From Thermotogaceae bacterium (GTDB lineage Bacteria > Thermotogota > Thermotogae > B21-G9 > HyVt-16), in contig JARRBB010000004.1 in NCBI GenBank assembly GCA_029981435.1, forward strand, positions 166 through 64,165: DNA of 64,000 nucleotides. Reading direction: 5' to 3'. Position numbers and translations under genes: made by a program. Of the stretch, positions 31,708-42,364 are shown one piece after another (position 1 is the first letter of the stretch; each line of letters opens with the position of its first letter). The notes below the pieces were generated by a model that was given only the letters and a program-made list of their open reading frames with translations, made no database searches and was not told the origin of the DNA.

Positions 31708-31708
31708 A

Positions 31709-33574
31709 TCAGATCCTTTTTAATATTTCTTGTTTCTCCAGCATTTTGAAGACCTTCTCTAAATTCTCTGCTTCTGTGATTGAAAACTGCAAATCAAGTA
31801 TATCCAGTATCTCATCCAAATCATAACCTTTTCTCACGAGATTTATCGCTTCTTCAAATTTTTGTCTGAACTGTTTATCGTTTTCATAGATTTTTTCGAG
31901 TTCTTCCGAATCTTCATCATTTAAAACTGCATTGAAAACATTTCCAATTGGAGATTTTTGGAGCTTTTCGAACTTCAAACCTGTTAAGGGTTTTTTCTCT
32001 TCTTTTTTCTCTAAAACTTCATTAAAGAATCTTTCGAATTTACCAAAATACATATCAATAACATTATCTTTATAGAAATTTTCAATTGAATAGAATCTTT
32101 CTTTGAACAAATCGAATAGAAAACTTTTGACAAAATCTGGTTTTCTTAAATCCATTTTCGAATATCGACTTTCTATATCCATCAAATCTTTTATAGAATT
32201 ACCAAAAATTACATCCATTATTTCTTCAGAAGGTTCGTTTAAAAACAAAAGAGTTCCCAAAACAGACTTGGTAATCCACTCCAATTCTTCTGGATCAACT
32301 TTGTCCAAAGTATCGCCACTTGAATGATAATATCTGTCAGGCCAGTTACCAATAAAAGGTGTTGGTACATCGAAGTGGTTCAATACAAAGTGATCTGAAC
32401 CACCAGAATAATGATTTCTGATATAACGTCTTGCTGGTAGCCATTCACCAAAACCATATACTCGTGGCATGTAGTAATTCAAAGCAGAATCAAGTAGATC
32501 ATTAATAAATGTAGGGGTCGACCACGGAGTTTGGGTTAAGATTGTTACAGAGCCTGTTTTCTTTTGATCTTCACCTACCATATCGAGGTTTATTCCCACT
32601 TCAAAATCTCTTCCATCAAGCATATAAGCAACCGTACCAAACATTTCAGGGACGAGTAAAAACACAATGGTTCTCTCAAGATTTTCCAAAGCATCCTCCT
32701 TAAGCACTTTGCTGAGAGTCAAAGCTATTTCTAAAGTAGTTGCTGACCCGGTCGCGTTATCATTTGCACCCGGCGAAGGATGACACAGATGTGCTGTCAC
32801 AATTACAGGACGTAAACTTTCGTTTCTTCCCTTTAATATTAATTCCAACAATCTCATTTCTCCCGCTTCGATCTTTGCATCTATATAGGCAGAAATTCTA
32901 ACATTTTTTCCAGATTTGAGGTATTTTTTTATTTCAGAATACTCACTGTAACTGAGTGAAAATCCGAAAGCTTTTGTCTGTGCCTCATCAAATTCACCGG
33001 GAATACCTGCATAACTTGCAGTATCTGGCATAAGCTCTGGTTTTCTACCTATCTTTTCTTCTTCTGCTCTCATCCAGCAACTTAATATACACACGGCTCC
33101 AAATTTTTTAACAGCAAGTTTATACACTTTCGAAGGATTACCTTCAGCAAGTACCGCTTTTCCCGCTACATTTTTTCCTTCGTAATCAGATTCACTTTCA
33201 CCTTTACCTACATCTACAACATCGTATTGTTCATACCCTTCTGTGCTTCTACTCCTATAAAGAACAGAGACAGGGCGCGCAAAACTGTCGATAATCAATT
33301 TTCTGGTTGGTTCTATCATTTCAAGTCTTCCATAGTTTAATTTCCAAGGAACAGGAACCCAGGATTCGAAAGTCTTTTTACCATCTATCATGTAAGATGG
33401 TGTTCTTATGGTTCCTTCGAACCCCTGTTTTTCAAGTTCTGTTTTCAACACATCGATCAAATCAATAAAATCACGATTCGCTAAACTTCGATGATATCTA
33501 CTTATTATTTCAACCCATTTCAATACTCGATAGCCATTTGTCATTCTTGAAAGTTCTTCAAATCTTTGGAACAT
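31709..33574 (-). CDS. M28 family metallopeptidase (DUF4910-like, with PA domain)
   Basis: AHLCHP.PGANDNATG, PEMFGT, INLDMVG, GGSDH, YYHSSGDT. Confidence 0.85.
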   Translation of the reverse strand: MFQRFEELSRMTNGYRVLKWVEIISRYHRSLANRDFIDLIDVLKTELEKQGFEGTIRTPSYMIDGKKTFESWVPVPWKLNYGRLEMIEPTRKLIIDSFARPVSVLYRSRSTEGYEQYDVVDVGKGESESDYEGKNVAGKAVLAEGNPSKVYKLAVKKFGAVCILSCWMRAEEEKIGRKPELMPDTASYAGIPGEFDEAQTKAFGFSLSYSEYSEIKKYLKSGKNVRISAYIDAKIEAGEMRLLELILKGRNESLRPVIVTAHLCHPSPGANDNATGSATTLEIALTLSKVLKEDALENLERTIVFLLVPEMFGTVAYMLDGRDFEVGINLDMVGEDQKKTGSVTILTQTPWSTPTFINDLLDSALNYYMPRVYGFGEWLPARRYIRNHYSGGSDHFVLNHFDVPTPFIGNWPDRYYHSSGDTLDKVDPEELEWITKSVLGTLLFLNEPSEEIMDVIFGNSIKDLMDIESRYSKMDLRKPDFVKSFLFDLFKERFYSIENFYKDNVIDMYFGKFERFFNEVLEKKEEKKPLTGLKFEKLQKSPIGNVFNAVLNDEDSEELEKIYENDKQFRQKFEEAINLVRKGYDLDEILDILDLQFSITEAENLEKVFKMLEKQEILKRI

Positions 33575-33586
33575 TCTATTTCCCCC

Positions 33587-34219
33587 TTATCTTCTAAACA
33601 AATTAGAAAATCTGTTTCCCAAAAACTGTATCCCTTGACTTATCAATATTAATATTATCACAGAATACAAAACCGCGTCCCACTGAAAACGATAATAACC
33701 ATAATTTATAGCAAGTTGCCCGAGTCCACCGGCTCCAACTGCTCCGGCTATCGCAGTGTAAGCTACAAGATTTATCAAGAGAACAGTTATGTTCGCAATC
33801 TGCTCTGCAAGCGTTTCAGGTAAAAGAACCTTAGTAACAAATTGCCAGTTAGTCATTCCCATCGACTTTGCAGAATCAACTATTCCACCTGGAAGATTAT
33901 TAAAAGAATTTTCGGAAAGTCTCGCCATGAAAGGAATAGCCGCTATGGTCAAATTGAAAACAGCCGCGTTTGTTCCTATAATTGTTCCTATGACTTTTTT
34001 GGTGAGTGGTATCAGTAAGAGAACCAATATTATGAAAGGTATTGACCTGAAAACGTTTACAAAAGTGTCTAATATAAAATAAACCTTGTTATATTTTTTA
34101 GAGCGGGAACTCATATAAAGCCCTACCCCAAGCGGAATTCCAAAAATAGTTGCGAGAAATCCTGAGAAAAATATCATATATATAGTTTCAAACGTTGCTT
34201 TATATAATTCCGCTATCAT
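33587..34219 (-). CDS. metI: Methionine ABC transporter permease
   Basis: NVFRSIPFIIL, IGTNAA, AIAGAVGAGGLG..AINYGYYRF. Confidence 0.92.
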   Translation of the reverse strand: MIAELYKATFETIYMIFFSGFLATIFGIPLGVGLYMSSRSKKYNKVYFILDTFVNVFRSIPFIILVLLLIPLTKKVIGTIIGTNAAVFNLTIAAIPFMARLSENSFNNLPGGIVDSAKSMGMTNWQFVTKVLLPETLAEQIANITVLLINLVAYTAIAGAVGAGGLGQLAINYGYYRFQWDAVLYSVIILILISQGIQFLGNRFSNLFRR

Positions 34220-34234
34220 TCGGAGACACCTCCA

Positions 34235-35248
34235 TTAAAAAATTCTCAAAGGTTCAATACTGTAAACACTGTTTCTCAGCTCTTCAACGAATTCTTCGAT
34301 GCCCTTCCCTTCCACTTCTATTATTAAAGAACCATAATTTCCAAGCTTGAATTTTTCAATCTTACCATAAAGTATGTTTATTTTGATATCAAACTTTTTA
34401 GCTGTCTCCCAGAGAACAGGTTTTTTAGTATTTTCACCCCAGAAAATCACTCGGAATATGTGATTTTTGTCAAATTCAGCTATCAGTTCAGGTAATATTT
34501 CTTCTTCTATTTTTTCTCCAAAATCTTCAATATCACCATTTTCAACCTTTATAAAAAATTCATGTGTAGATCCCAAAAAATCGATCTTTCCAAACTTCAA
34601 AAATGCTACAGAATCACAGATTCTTTTCACCACTTCCATTTCATGAGTCACAACTATGAATGTAACATTATGTCTTTCATTTATCTCAAGAACAAGATTC
34701 AAAATTTTCTTAGTTGTAAGCGGATCGAGCGATGAAGTTGGTTCATCAAGTAAAATCAATTTTGGATCGGTTATTAGAGCCCTTGCAATAGCTACTCTTT
34801 GCTGTTCACCACCCGAAAGTTGCGAAGGATAAGCATTCAATCTGTGAGACAATCCGAGTTCCTCTGCTATGGCAGAAACTTTTTTAAATGCTTCTTTCTT
34901 GCTGGTACCATCCAGAATGAGTGGGAAAGCTATGTTTTCTATGACTGTTTTTGATCTGAAAAGGTTAAAATTCTGAAATACCACCCCTATTTTTTTTCTG
35001 ATTTCTCTGAGCTTTACATCATCCAGAGAAGTTATTTCAATACCATCAAACACTATTTTTCCAGAATCAGGAGTATTCAGAAGATTAAAAGTCCGGAGCA
35101 GGGAGGTTTTTCCTGCTCCGGATAAGCCAACTATTCCAAAAATCTGGCCTTCACTTAGAGAAAAATTTATATGATCCAGTATTATTCTTCTGTTATTTCC
35201 CTTACCATATGATAGAACCAGATCTTCTGCTCTGATGATTTCCTTCAC
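34235..35248 (-). CDS. metN: Methionine ABC transporter ATP-binding protein
   Basis: [37 protein letters not shown]-terminal NIL-like domain. Confidence 0.92.
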   Translation of the reverse strand: MKEIIRAEDLVLSYGKGNNRRIILDHINFSLSEGQIFGIVGLSGAGKTSLLRTFNLLNTPDSGKIVFDGIEITSLDDVKLREIRKKIGVVFQNFNLFRSKTVIENIAFPLILDGTSKKEAFKKVSAIAEELGLSHRLNAYPSQLSGGEQQRVAIARALITDPKLILLDEPTSSLDPLTTKKILNLVLEINERHNVTFIVVTHEMEVVKRICDSVAFLKFGKIDFLGSTHEFFIKVENGDIEDFGEKIEEEILPELIAEFDKNHIFRVIFWGENTKKPVLWETAKKFDIKINILYGKIEKFKLGNYGSLIIEVEGKGIEEFVEELRNSVYSIEPLRIF

Positions 35249-35270
35249 TTAAACCACCTCACTTGTAGCT

Positions 35271-36050
35271 TCAAAAAACCGGAACAACTGCACCATTGTA
35301 CTTTTCGAGTATGAACTTTCTTACCTTGTCAGTTAAAAGAACCTCTTTCAATGCTTTTACCCAATCCTCATTCTTATCTTCTTCTCTGACAACTACAACA
35401 TTGGTATAAGGAGAGTTTGCCCCTTCAACAAAAGTTGAATCTTTCAGTGGATTTAAACCTATTTCAAGAGCATAGTTTGTGTTTATAACAGCACCAGCAA
35501 CACTTTTATCTTCTTTGTAAACCCTTGGAACAAACCCAGCTTCAATTTCTATGAATTTTAAACCTTTCGGATTTTCCACAATATCTCTAACCGTTGAATC
35601 CAGTTTTTTAGGATCTTTTAACTTTATAAGTCCGTTGTTATGTAACAATAAAAGTGCTCTTCCTTCGTTCGTTGGATCGTTTGGTAGGGCTATTTTGTCA
35701 CCTTTTTTGAGTTCTGATAAAGGCTTTTTTAGATAGAATCCCATAGGTTCAATATGAATTCCAAAAACAGATACTAACCCTTTTATCCCTCTTTTGGAAG
35801 TAAAAGATTCTAAATATGGAACATGTTGAAAATAATTCGCATCCAGTTCTCCATTCGCAAGTGCAAGATTTGGAAGAACATAATCATTGAAAACTACAAC
35901 CTCAAGAACATATCCCTTTTCTTCTAAATCACTTTTCACGAAATTCAATATTTCTGCATGCGGTACAGGACTTGCTCCAATTTTAATTTTAGTTGCAGAA
36001 AACGAATAAACTGATAAAATAACTAACAGCAGCACGAAGACTTTTTTCAT
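35271..36050 (-). CDS. metQ: MetQ/NlpA family solute-binding protein
   Basis: GASPVPHAEIL, FNDYVLPN, DANYFQHVPYL, PNDPTNEGRAL; signal peptide has no lipobox Cys. Confidence 0.93.
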   Translation of the reverse strand: MKKVFVLLLVILSVYSFSATKIKIGASPVPHAEILNFVKSDLEEKGYVLEVVVFNDYVLPNLALANGELDANYFQHVPYLESFTSKRGIKGLVSVFGIHIEPMGFYLKKPLSELKKGDKIALPNDPTNEGRALLLLHNNGLIKLKDPKKLDSTVRDIVENPKGLKFIEIEAGFVPRVYKEDKSVAGAVINTNYALEIGLNPLKDSTFVEGANSPYTNVVVVREEDKNEDWVKALKEVLLTDKVRKFILEKYNGAVVPVF

Positions 36051-36076
36051 TTTCTCTTCCTCCTTTTTAATATAAT

Positions 36077-36107
36077 AAAAAAAGGCGCCTCCTTTTAGAG
36101 GCGCCCC
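36077..36107 (-). terminator. Attenuator terminator in the metQ leader
   Basis: GGCGCCTC-TAAAAG-GAGGCGCC followed by TTTTTTT, about 27 nt upstream of the metQ ATG. Confidence 0.88.
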
Positions 36108-36131
36108 TTTTTATCTCCATGCGTGCACAAA

Positions 36132-36230
36132 TCAAACGCCCGGAGAATTCTGCGGGGCGCTGGTGCACATTATCATATTCATCACAGTTAAAACAAAATA
36201 ATCCAAACAACAATCAAATGTCTTTCTCAT
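36132..36230 (-). CDS. Putative Met/Cys-rich attenuator leader peptide (32 aa)
   Basis: GAGGAG-8 nt-ATG; MRKTFDCCLDYFVLTVMNMIMCTSAPQNSPGV*; TATAAT at 36263-36258 upstream. Confidence 0.72.
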   Translation of the reverse strand: MRKTFDCCLDYFVLTVMNMIMCTSAPQNSPGV

Positions 36231-36306
36231 TCTTCGTACTCCTCAAAGGTTTTTCTTATTATACACAGAACAAAATTACAAAAAAATTTTCTGAAAGTTA
36301 AAAAAA

Positions 36307-37500
36307 TTATGCGATACTCCTAAGAACCTTTACTAACCTATAATTTTCCTTTACGTCGTGAACCCTTATTATGTCTACTCCTTTGAAAAATGCCCATGAT
36401 GAAATCGCAAGTGTGCCTTCCAACCTCTCTTCGACAGGAAGATTTCCTAAAATTGCTCCTATCATCGATTTACGTGAAGCACCAATCAAAAGTGGCCTTC
36501 CAAAAACCTTGAAACTATCAATTTTTCTCAATATTTCTATGTTGTCCTCCAATCGCTTTCCAAAGCCAATACCTGGATCGATTATTATTTTCTTTGGATC
36601 TATTCCTTTATCCACAGAATAATTAATCCTCTCATAGAAATATTCCATGATCTCTTTTATGACGTCATCATAGTAAGGATTGAGTTGCATGTCTTTCGGA
36701 GTACCTTTTATATGCATTAAAACAATCGGAACGTTGTTTTCTCTCACCACAGTAGCCATATCTTTATCGAACCGCATGGCGCTTATATCATTAATTATGT
36801 CTGCTCCCACTTCTATAGCTTTTGCAGCCACCTTAGCCTTGTAGGTATCCACTGAGACTAAAATATCGAAGTTTTCTTTTATAGCTTTTATTACAGGAAC
36901 GACTCTTTGCAATTCTTCTTCCAATTCTACCGGTTCTGAGCCAGGTCTCGTGGATTCGCCACCTATATCTAAAATGTCAACACCGTTTTTTATCATTTGT
37001 TCTGCTGTATTGAGAACATCATTTAAATCCTTCCTTCTGCTACCAGGATAGAATGAATCATCTGTGATATTTATTATTCCCATTATCTTCATGGTATCAA
37101 AACTGTATGTTTCATTGTTTTTGAGAAATATTTCTCTCTTTTTTTCACAGTTTTCGATAGCTTCTTCGAGTTCATTTTTTATCTCTGGTAAACCCCAGTA
37201 ATTCATTTTATCCAGTTTAAAAAACAATTTTCTGTAGTGATTTTTATTTCCTATAAGTATTACATCAGTTTTATCAACTTTCATAGTTATCGATTCTCTA
37301 TGAACAGCTGCATCTGCTGCATTTCCACCAGCAGCAAGCATCTCCTGTTTTATAACGTTTGCAACCAGAGGTTTTAAGTCATGTATCTTATATATCATAC
37401 AGTTGGCTTTTCTAAGAAATATATCGAAAGATTCTCTGGAAACACCAGATTTTTCGAGCTCATCTACAAGATGTGATGGATCAAGCATTCTAATAATCAT
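36307..37500 (-). CDS. folP: Dihydropteroate synthase with ~130-aa N-terminal extension
   Basis: IMGIINITDDSF, DIGGESTRPG, DPGIGFGK, GASRKS, IRVHDV. Confidence 0.95.
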   Translation of the reverse strand: MIIRMLDPSHLVDELEKSGVSRESFDIFLRKANCMIYKIHDLKPLVANVIKQEMLAAGGNAADAAVHRESITMKVDKTDVILIGNKNHYRKLFFKLDKMNYWGLPEIKNELEEAIENCEKKREIFLKNNETYSFDTMKIMGIINITDDSFYPGSRRKDLNDVLNTAEQMIKNGVDILDIGGESTRPGSEPVELEEELQRVVPVIKAIKENFDILVSVDTYKAKVAAKAIEVGADIINDISAMRFDKDMATVVRENNVPIVLMHIKGTPKDMQLNPYYDDVIKEIMEYFYERINYSVDKGIDPKKIIIDPGIGFGKRLEDNIEILRKIDSFKVFGRPLLIGASRKSMIGAILGNLPVEERLEGTLAISSWAFFKGVDIIRVHDVKENYRLVKVLRSIA

Positions 37501-37509
37501 TCCTATCGC

Positions 37510-38772
37510 CTACTCCTCAAATTTTTCTACTATATAATTTTCTATCCATTTTTCATCTACTTCAACTTGTTGACCTGTCTCCATATCACGAATTGTGAGA
37601 ACACCTTTCTCTAATTCATCGTCTCCTATTATCAAAACATACTTTGCACCGAGCCGGTCAGCATATTTCATCTGATTTCTGATGTTTCTCTTCATTAAAT
37701 CCATCTCAACTACAATCCCTCTGTCTCTGAGATTCTGGGATAATTTTAGAGAAAAAATTCTTGCACTCTCACTAAGCACAGCGATGTATACCTGACATTT
37801 TTTTAGCTCAGGAACAGTCACGTTTTCATTTTTGAGTGCAAGTATAATTCGCTCGATTCCACCCGCAAACCCAATTGACGGAGTAACCTTCCCGCCAAGC
37901 TCTTCTATCAATCCATCATACCTTCCGCCACCAATTATAGTATCTTGTGCCCCCAAAGATGAATGTTTTATCTCAAAAACCGTCTTAGTGTAATAATCAA
38001 GACCTCTTACAAGATGTCCATCCAGTTCATAACTCACATTTAATCCTTCAAGATAGGAAAGCAGTTCATCGAAATGTTCCTTACAATCTTCACAGAGATA
38101 ATCAAAAGTTTTAGGAGCATCTTTCTGAAACGGTTTGCATTTTTCATCTTTACAGTCCAGTAATCTCAATATGTTTGTATCAAAACGTTTCTGACAATCG
38201 GAACATAGTAAATCAAGTTTTGGTTGATAGTAATCTTTAAGGGCTTTTCTAAATTTTGGTCTACAGTTTTTGCAGCCTATATTCCCAATGTAAAGTTTGT
38301 AATCATGCAAATTAAGCGCATCAAGGATATCGATCGCGAGTTTAATAACTTCAAAGTCGGCTACAGCATGAGGTGAGCCTATCAGTTCAACACCAAATTG
38401 ATGAAATTGCCTCATTCTACCAGCCTGAGGTTTTTCATATCTGAACACAGGACCTAAATAAGAAAACTTTTGTGGCAGTCCATTTTTAACCAAAGAATTC
38501 TCTATGTAAGCCCTCATGACTGGTGCTGTTCCCTCGGGTCTCAAAGTTAAAGACCTTCCGCCCTTATCTTCGAAAGTATACATCTGTTTCTGAACGATAT
38601 CAGTCTCTTCGCCTACGCCTCTTAAAAACAGTTCTGTTGCTTCGAAAACAGGAGTTCTTATTTCATAATAATTGTAAAGTTGGGTAATTCTTCGAAAAGT
38701 ATCTTCAACGAAATACCAGTATTTTAATTCATCTCCAAATATATCTACCGTTCCTTTAGGCTTGCTTATCAC
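37510..38772 (-). CDS. hisS: Histidine--tRNA ligase
   Basis: LRPEGTAP, FRYEKPQAGRMRQFHQ, LVRGLDYY, GGGRYDGL. Confidence 0.98.
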   Translation of the reverse strand: MISKPKGTVDIFGDELKYWYFVEDTFRRITQLYNYYEIRTPVFEATELFLRGVGEETDIVQKQMYTFEDKGGRSLTLRPEGTAPVMRAYIENSLVKNGLPQKFSYLGPVFRYEKPQAGRMRQFHQFGVELIGSPHAVADFEVIKLAIDILDALNLHDYKLYIGNIGCKNCRPKFRKALKDYYQPKLDLLCSDCQKRFDTNILRLLDCKDEKCKPFQKDAPKTFDYLCEDCKEHFDELLSYLEGLNVSYELDGHLVRGLDYYTKTVFEIKHSSLGAQDTIIGGGRYDGLIEELGGKVTPSIGFAGGIERIILALKNENVTVPELKKCQVYIAVLSESARIFSLKLSQNLRDRGIVVEMDLMKRNIRNQMKYADRLGAKYVLIIGDDELEKGVLTIRDMETGQQVEVDEKWIENYIVEKFEE

Positions 38773-38791
38773 AATAACCTACCTCCATCAA

Positions 38792-39559
38792 TCATCCAAA
38801 AAAGTTATCTAAGAACATCATTATAAGAAATCCAAATATCAGTGAAAAAGTTGAAAAAGTTTCATTACCTTTGGAATGACTTTCAGGAATTATTTCATCA
38901 CTTATTATATATAACATGGCTCCACCAGCAAAACTTAAAAAGAAAGGCAGAAGCGGCCTGGCGATTACGACCAGACCCGCACCAATCAGTCCGCCTAACG
39001 GTTCAACTAAACCTGTTAAAAGAGCTATCCAGAATATTTTAAACCTGCTATAACTAACTTTCAAAAAAGATGTTGCAACTGCTGTCCCTTCTGGGATGTT
39101 CTGTATACCAATTGCAAGAGCAACTGCAACCCCAGTGGATATTTCATTCCCACCGAAACTTACACCAACTGCCATACCTTCTGGAAAATTATGAAGGGTT
39201 ATCGCTATTACAAAAAGCCATATTTTTTTAATATGACTTTTAGGACCTTCATAACCTTTTTCAAAATGTTCATGAGGTAAATACCTATCGAGTATTTCTA
39301 TAGTAAATGCTCCCAAAAATATACCAAGCATTGCGACATATATGTTGCCGAGTTCTATAGCAGGTATTATTAAGCTGAACACACTTGCAGCGAGCATAAT
39401 GCCCGCTGCAAAACTTAAAAGCATATCAATTGTTCTGTGGGAAATTTTTTGAAGTTTTTTAGATGGTAAAAATAAAATCGGGAGGGCCCCCAATCCAGTA
39501 GCGAGCCCTGCTAACAAACTTGCAAGAGTGCCATTCCAGAAAATCTGCGAATTAGACAT
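38792..39559 (-). CDS. ZIP (ZupT/GufA) family metal transporter
   Basis: [31 protein letters not shown]. Confidence 0.92.
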   Translation of the reverse strand: MSNSQIFWNGTLASLLAGLATGLGALPILFLPSKKLQKISHRTIDMLLSFAAGIMLAASVFSLIIPAIELGNIYVAMLGIFLGAFTIEILDRYLPHEHFEKGYEGPKSHIKKIWLFVIAITLHNFPEGMAVGVSFGGNEISTGVAVALAIGIQNIPEGTAVATSFLKVSYSRFKIFWIALLTGLVEPLGGLIGAGLVVIARPLLPFFLSFAGGAMLYIISDEIIPESHSKGNETFSTFSLIFGFLIMMFLDNFFG

Positions 39560-41003
39560 CCACTTTCCACCTCAAAATGGGATTTTTAACAGCCCTGGCT
39601 TCATCTAATCTTCTAACATAGGTATTATGAGGTGCGTTTTTTAACAACTCTGAGGACTTTTCAGCTTCTTTTAGAATTTTTTCAAGCGTCTCAGCGAATC
39701 CATCCAGTGTTTCCTTCGTCTCAGTTTCAGTAGGTTCTATCATCAGTGCTTCTGGAACTATAAGTGGGAAGTACACTGTGGGAGGGTGGTATCCATAATC
39801 AAGCAATCGTTTTGCTACATCAAGGGTTTTAACACCATATTTCTTGAATTCAGAACCATCGACCACAAATTCATGCATACAAACGATATCAGAAGCAATT
39901 TTTAAAAATTTCGAAATTTTACTTCTAAGATAATTGGCATTTAATACGGCTAATTCGGAGGCCTTTTTTAAACCGCTTTTTCCCATGAAAAGTATGTAAG
40001 CATACGCTTTTACAAAAACTCCAAAGTTACCATAAAACGATCTAACTTTTCCTATACTTTTGGGCAAATCGTAGTTGAAATAATAAAATCCCTTTTCATC
40101 CTGTTCAACAACTGGAATTGGTAAATAATCTTTAAGAAATGCCTTAACACCAACCGGTCCACTGCCAGGTCCACCCATGCCATGGGGAGTAGAAAAGGTT
40201 TTATGCAAATTCAGATGCACAACATCAAAACCCATGTCACCTGGTCTTACTTTCCCCATTATTGCATTCAAGTTGGCTCCATCATAGTACAAAAGTGCCC
40301 CAGCTTCATGTGCTAATCTGGTTATGGTGTCTATATCTTTTTCATAAAGTCCCAAAGTATTTGGATTTGTTAGCATTACAGCTGCTGTATTCTCATCCAG
40401 ATTCTTTTTCAACTCTTCCAGATCGATCAGTCCCTGTTCAGTAGATTTAAGCTCTATAACTTCAAATCCACACATTGCTGCACTTGCCGGATTAGTACCA
40501 TGTGCAGAATCCGGTACAAGGACTTTATTTCTGTTGAAATCTCCTCTGTCTTCGTGATATTTCTTTATGATACTCATACCAGTTAATTCTCCATGTGCTC
40601 CAGCGGCTGGTTGTAAAGTCATATAATCCATTCCAGTTATTTCACACAAGAGTATCTGCAAGTTGTACATTATTTCGAGTGCACCCTGGACAGTTTCTTC
40701 AGGCTGATAAGGATGTATATATGCAAAACCATCAAATTTAGAGATTTTCTCATTGACCTTAGGATTATATTTCATAGTACATGAACCAAGAGGATAAAAT
40801 CCAACATCTACAGCATGATTCAACCTTGAAAGATTTGTGTAATGCCTTACAACCTCTGTTTCATATACCTGAGGAAGTTCTGCCTCTTCTTTTCTGATCA
40901 GACTCTCCGGTATCATTTCTTCAATAGGTTTTTCAGGAACATCAAGCTTTGGAAGCGAATATCCAGTTCTTCCATCTTTGCTTTTTTCAAATATCAATTT
41001 CAC
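39552..41003 (-). CDS. gcvPB: Glycine decarboxylase P protein subunit 2
   Basis: [29 protein letters not shown]; start moved to GTG 41003 (MKLIFEKS) after a GGGGG RBS. Confidence 0.96.
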   Translation of the reverse strand: MKLIFEKSKDGRTGYSLPKLDVPEKPIEEMIPESLIRKEEAELPQVYETEVVRHYTNLSRLNHAVDVGFYPLGSCTMKYNPKVNEKISKFDGFAYIHPYQPEETVQGALEIMYNLQILLCEITGMDYMTLQPAAGAHGELTGMSIIKKYHEDRGDFNRNKVLVPDSAHGTNPASAAMCGFEVIELKSTEQGLIDLEELKKNLDENTAAVMLTNPNTLGLYEKDIDTITRLAHEAGALLYYDGANLNAIMGKVRPGDMGFDVVHLNLHKTFSTPHGMGGPGSGPVGVKAFLKDYLPIPVVEQDEKGFYYFNYDLPKSIGKVRSFYGNFGVFVKAYAYILFMGKSGLKKASELAVLNANYLRSKISKFLKIASDIVCMHEFVVDGSEFKKYGVKTLDVAKRLLDYGYHPPTVYFPLIVPEALMIEPTETETKETLDGFAETLEKILKEAEKSSELLKNAPHNTYVRRLDEARAVKNPILRWKVDV

Positions 41004-42348
41004 TTGAGATCGCCCCCAGTCTTCCCACGAGAAATTCGATGTCTTCTCTCCTGTTAGTTTCGGTAACACAGAACAGGGCAGAACCATCCAGAGTTTTGTA
41101 AAACTTTGAAAGTTTGAAAGGTCCTATTATTTTCTGTTCCAACAGATATTTGTTTACTTTATCCCAGTTCAAATCTGTCTCAACAACAAACTCATTGAAA
41201 AAGGGCCCGGAAAATTTCAGCTGGAAATGTTCAAGTCTGTCGAGTTTTTCTGCCAGATAATGAGCTTTTTGAAGCGAAAGATTAGCAACTTCTTTAATAC
41301 CTTTTTTACCAAGTAAGGATAGATAAATCGCCGCCATTACAGCGTTGTGAGCATGATTTGAACAGATGTTCGATGTTGCTTTCGATCTTCTTATATGCTG
41401 CTCTCGTGTTTGAAAAGTCATTACAAAACCTCTTTTTCCATCTACATCGATTGTCTGACCTATCAAACGACCAGGCATCTTTCTAAGATATTTCTCTTTT
41501 GTGGCAAAGAAACCAAAACCAGGGCCTCCAAAATATGCAGGATTCCCGAGTACTTGTCCTTCACCTACAACTATATCTGCACCAAAATTTCCTGGAGGTT
41601 CGAGTATTCCAAGAGCTATAGGATTGGCTGATACTATGTAAATCAAATCTTCTGGTATCAATTCTCTTAGTTCTTTTAAATTTTCAATCACTCCAAAGAA
41701 ATTTGGATATTGTACCACCACACAGGAAGTATTGGAGCTCAACTTTCTTTTAAGATCCTCAAAATCCGTTGAGCCTGTTTCTTCATCAAATTCGATTTCT
41801 ATTACCTTGAGTTTTTTCCCTCTTGCATATGTCTTTATGACTTCTCTGTACTCTGGGTGAACAGTTTTAGAAACCAGGATTTCATTTCTTCCATTCAGAC
41901 TATACGCCATGATCGTGGCCTCTGCCAGTGCTGAAGCGCCATCATACATTGAAGAATTCGCAACTTCCATTTTGGTCAATTCACATATCATAGTTTGATA
42001 TTCAAACAAAGCCTGTAAAGTACCCTGAGAAACCTCCGGTTGATAAGGTGTGTATGCGGTGAGAAATTCACCCCTGTTTGCCAGTTCTAAAAGAGCTGAG
42101 GGAATGAAATGATTGTAAATGCCTGCTCCCAAGTATATAGCGTATTCTTGAAAATTGATATTTTTTTCTGAAAGCTCCTTAAAATCTCTCAGTAAATCAT
42201 ATTCGCAAACTGCTTCTGGTATTTTTAAATCGATATCATCGTGCTTCCCTACAGCTCTTTGATAAAGTTCCGAAATAGAAGATACCCCTATTTCTTCAAG
42301 CATTTCTTTAATCTCACTATCAGTATGTGGTAAATAGGGGTTTTCCAT
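40987..42348 (-). CDS. gcvPA: Glycine decarboxylase P protein subunit 1
   Basis: [38 protein letters not shown]. Confidence 0.96.
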   Translation of the reverse strand: MENPYLPHTDSEIKEMLEEIGVSSISELYQRAVGKHDDIDLKIPEAVCEYDLLRDFKELSEKNINFQEYAIYLGAGIYNHFIPSALLELANRGEFLTAYTPYQPEVSQGTLQALFEYQTMICELTKMEVANSSMYDGASALAEATIMAYSLNGRNEILVSKTVHPEYREVIKTYARGKKLKVIEIEFDEETGSTDFEDLKRKLSSNTSCVVVQYPNFFGVIENLKELRELIPEDLIYIVSANPIALGILEPPGNFGADIVVGEGQVLGNPAYFGGPGFGFFATKEKYLRKMPGRLIGQTIDVDGKRGFVMTFQTREQHIRRSKATSNICSNHAHNAVMAAIYLSLLGKKGIKEVANLSLQKAHYLAEKLDRLEHFQLKFSGPFFNEFVVETDLNWDKVNKYLLEQKIIGPFKLSKFYKTLDGSALFCVTETNRREDIEFLVGRLGAISSEIDI

Positions 42349-42364
42349 TATTTATTCACCTCTT

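Noticed and set aside
36119..36301. 60-aa plus-strand ORF in the track
   Set aside because: Antisense shadow of the leader peptide/attenuator, with no RBS
36051..36306. SAM-I riboswitch or T-box upstream of metQ
   Set aside because: No TTATCAAGAG/GCAACC/GTGC S-box core arrangement and no GGTGGNACCGCG T-box sequence; the uORF model explains the structure better
41004..41087. N-terminal extension of GcvPB in the ORF track (likewise gatB 54516, DUF362 43899, ROK 15387)
   Set aside because: The extensions overlap upstream genes; downstream starts have RBSs and match family N-termini
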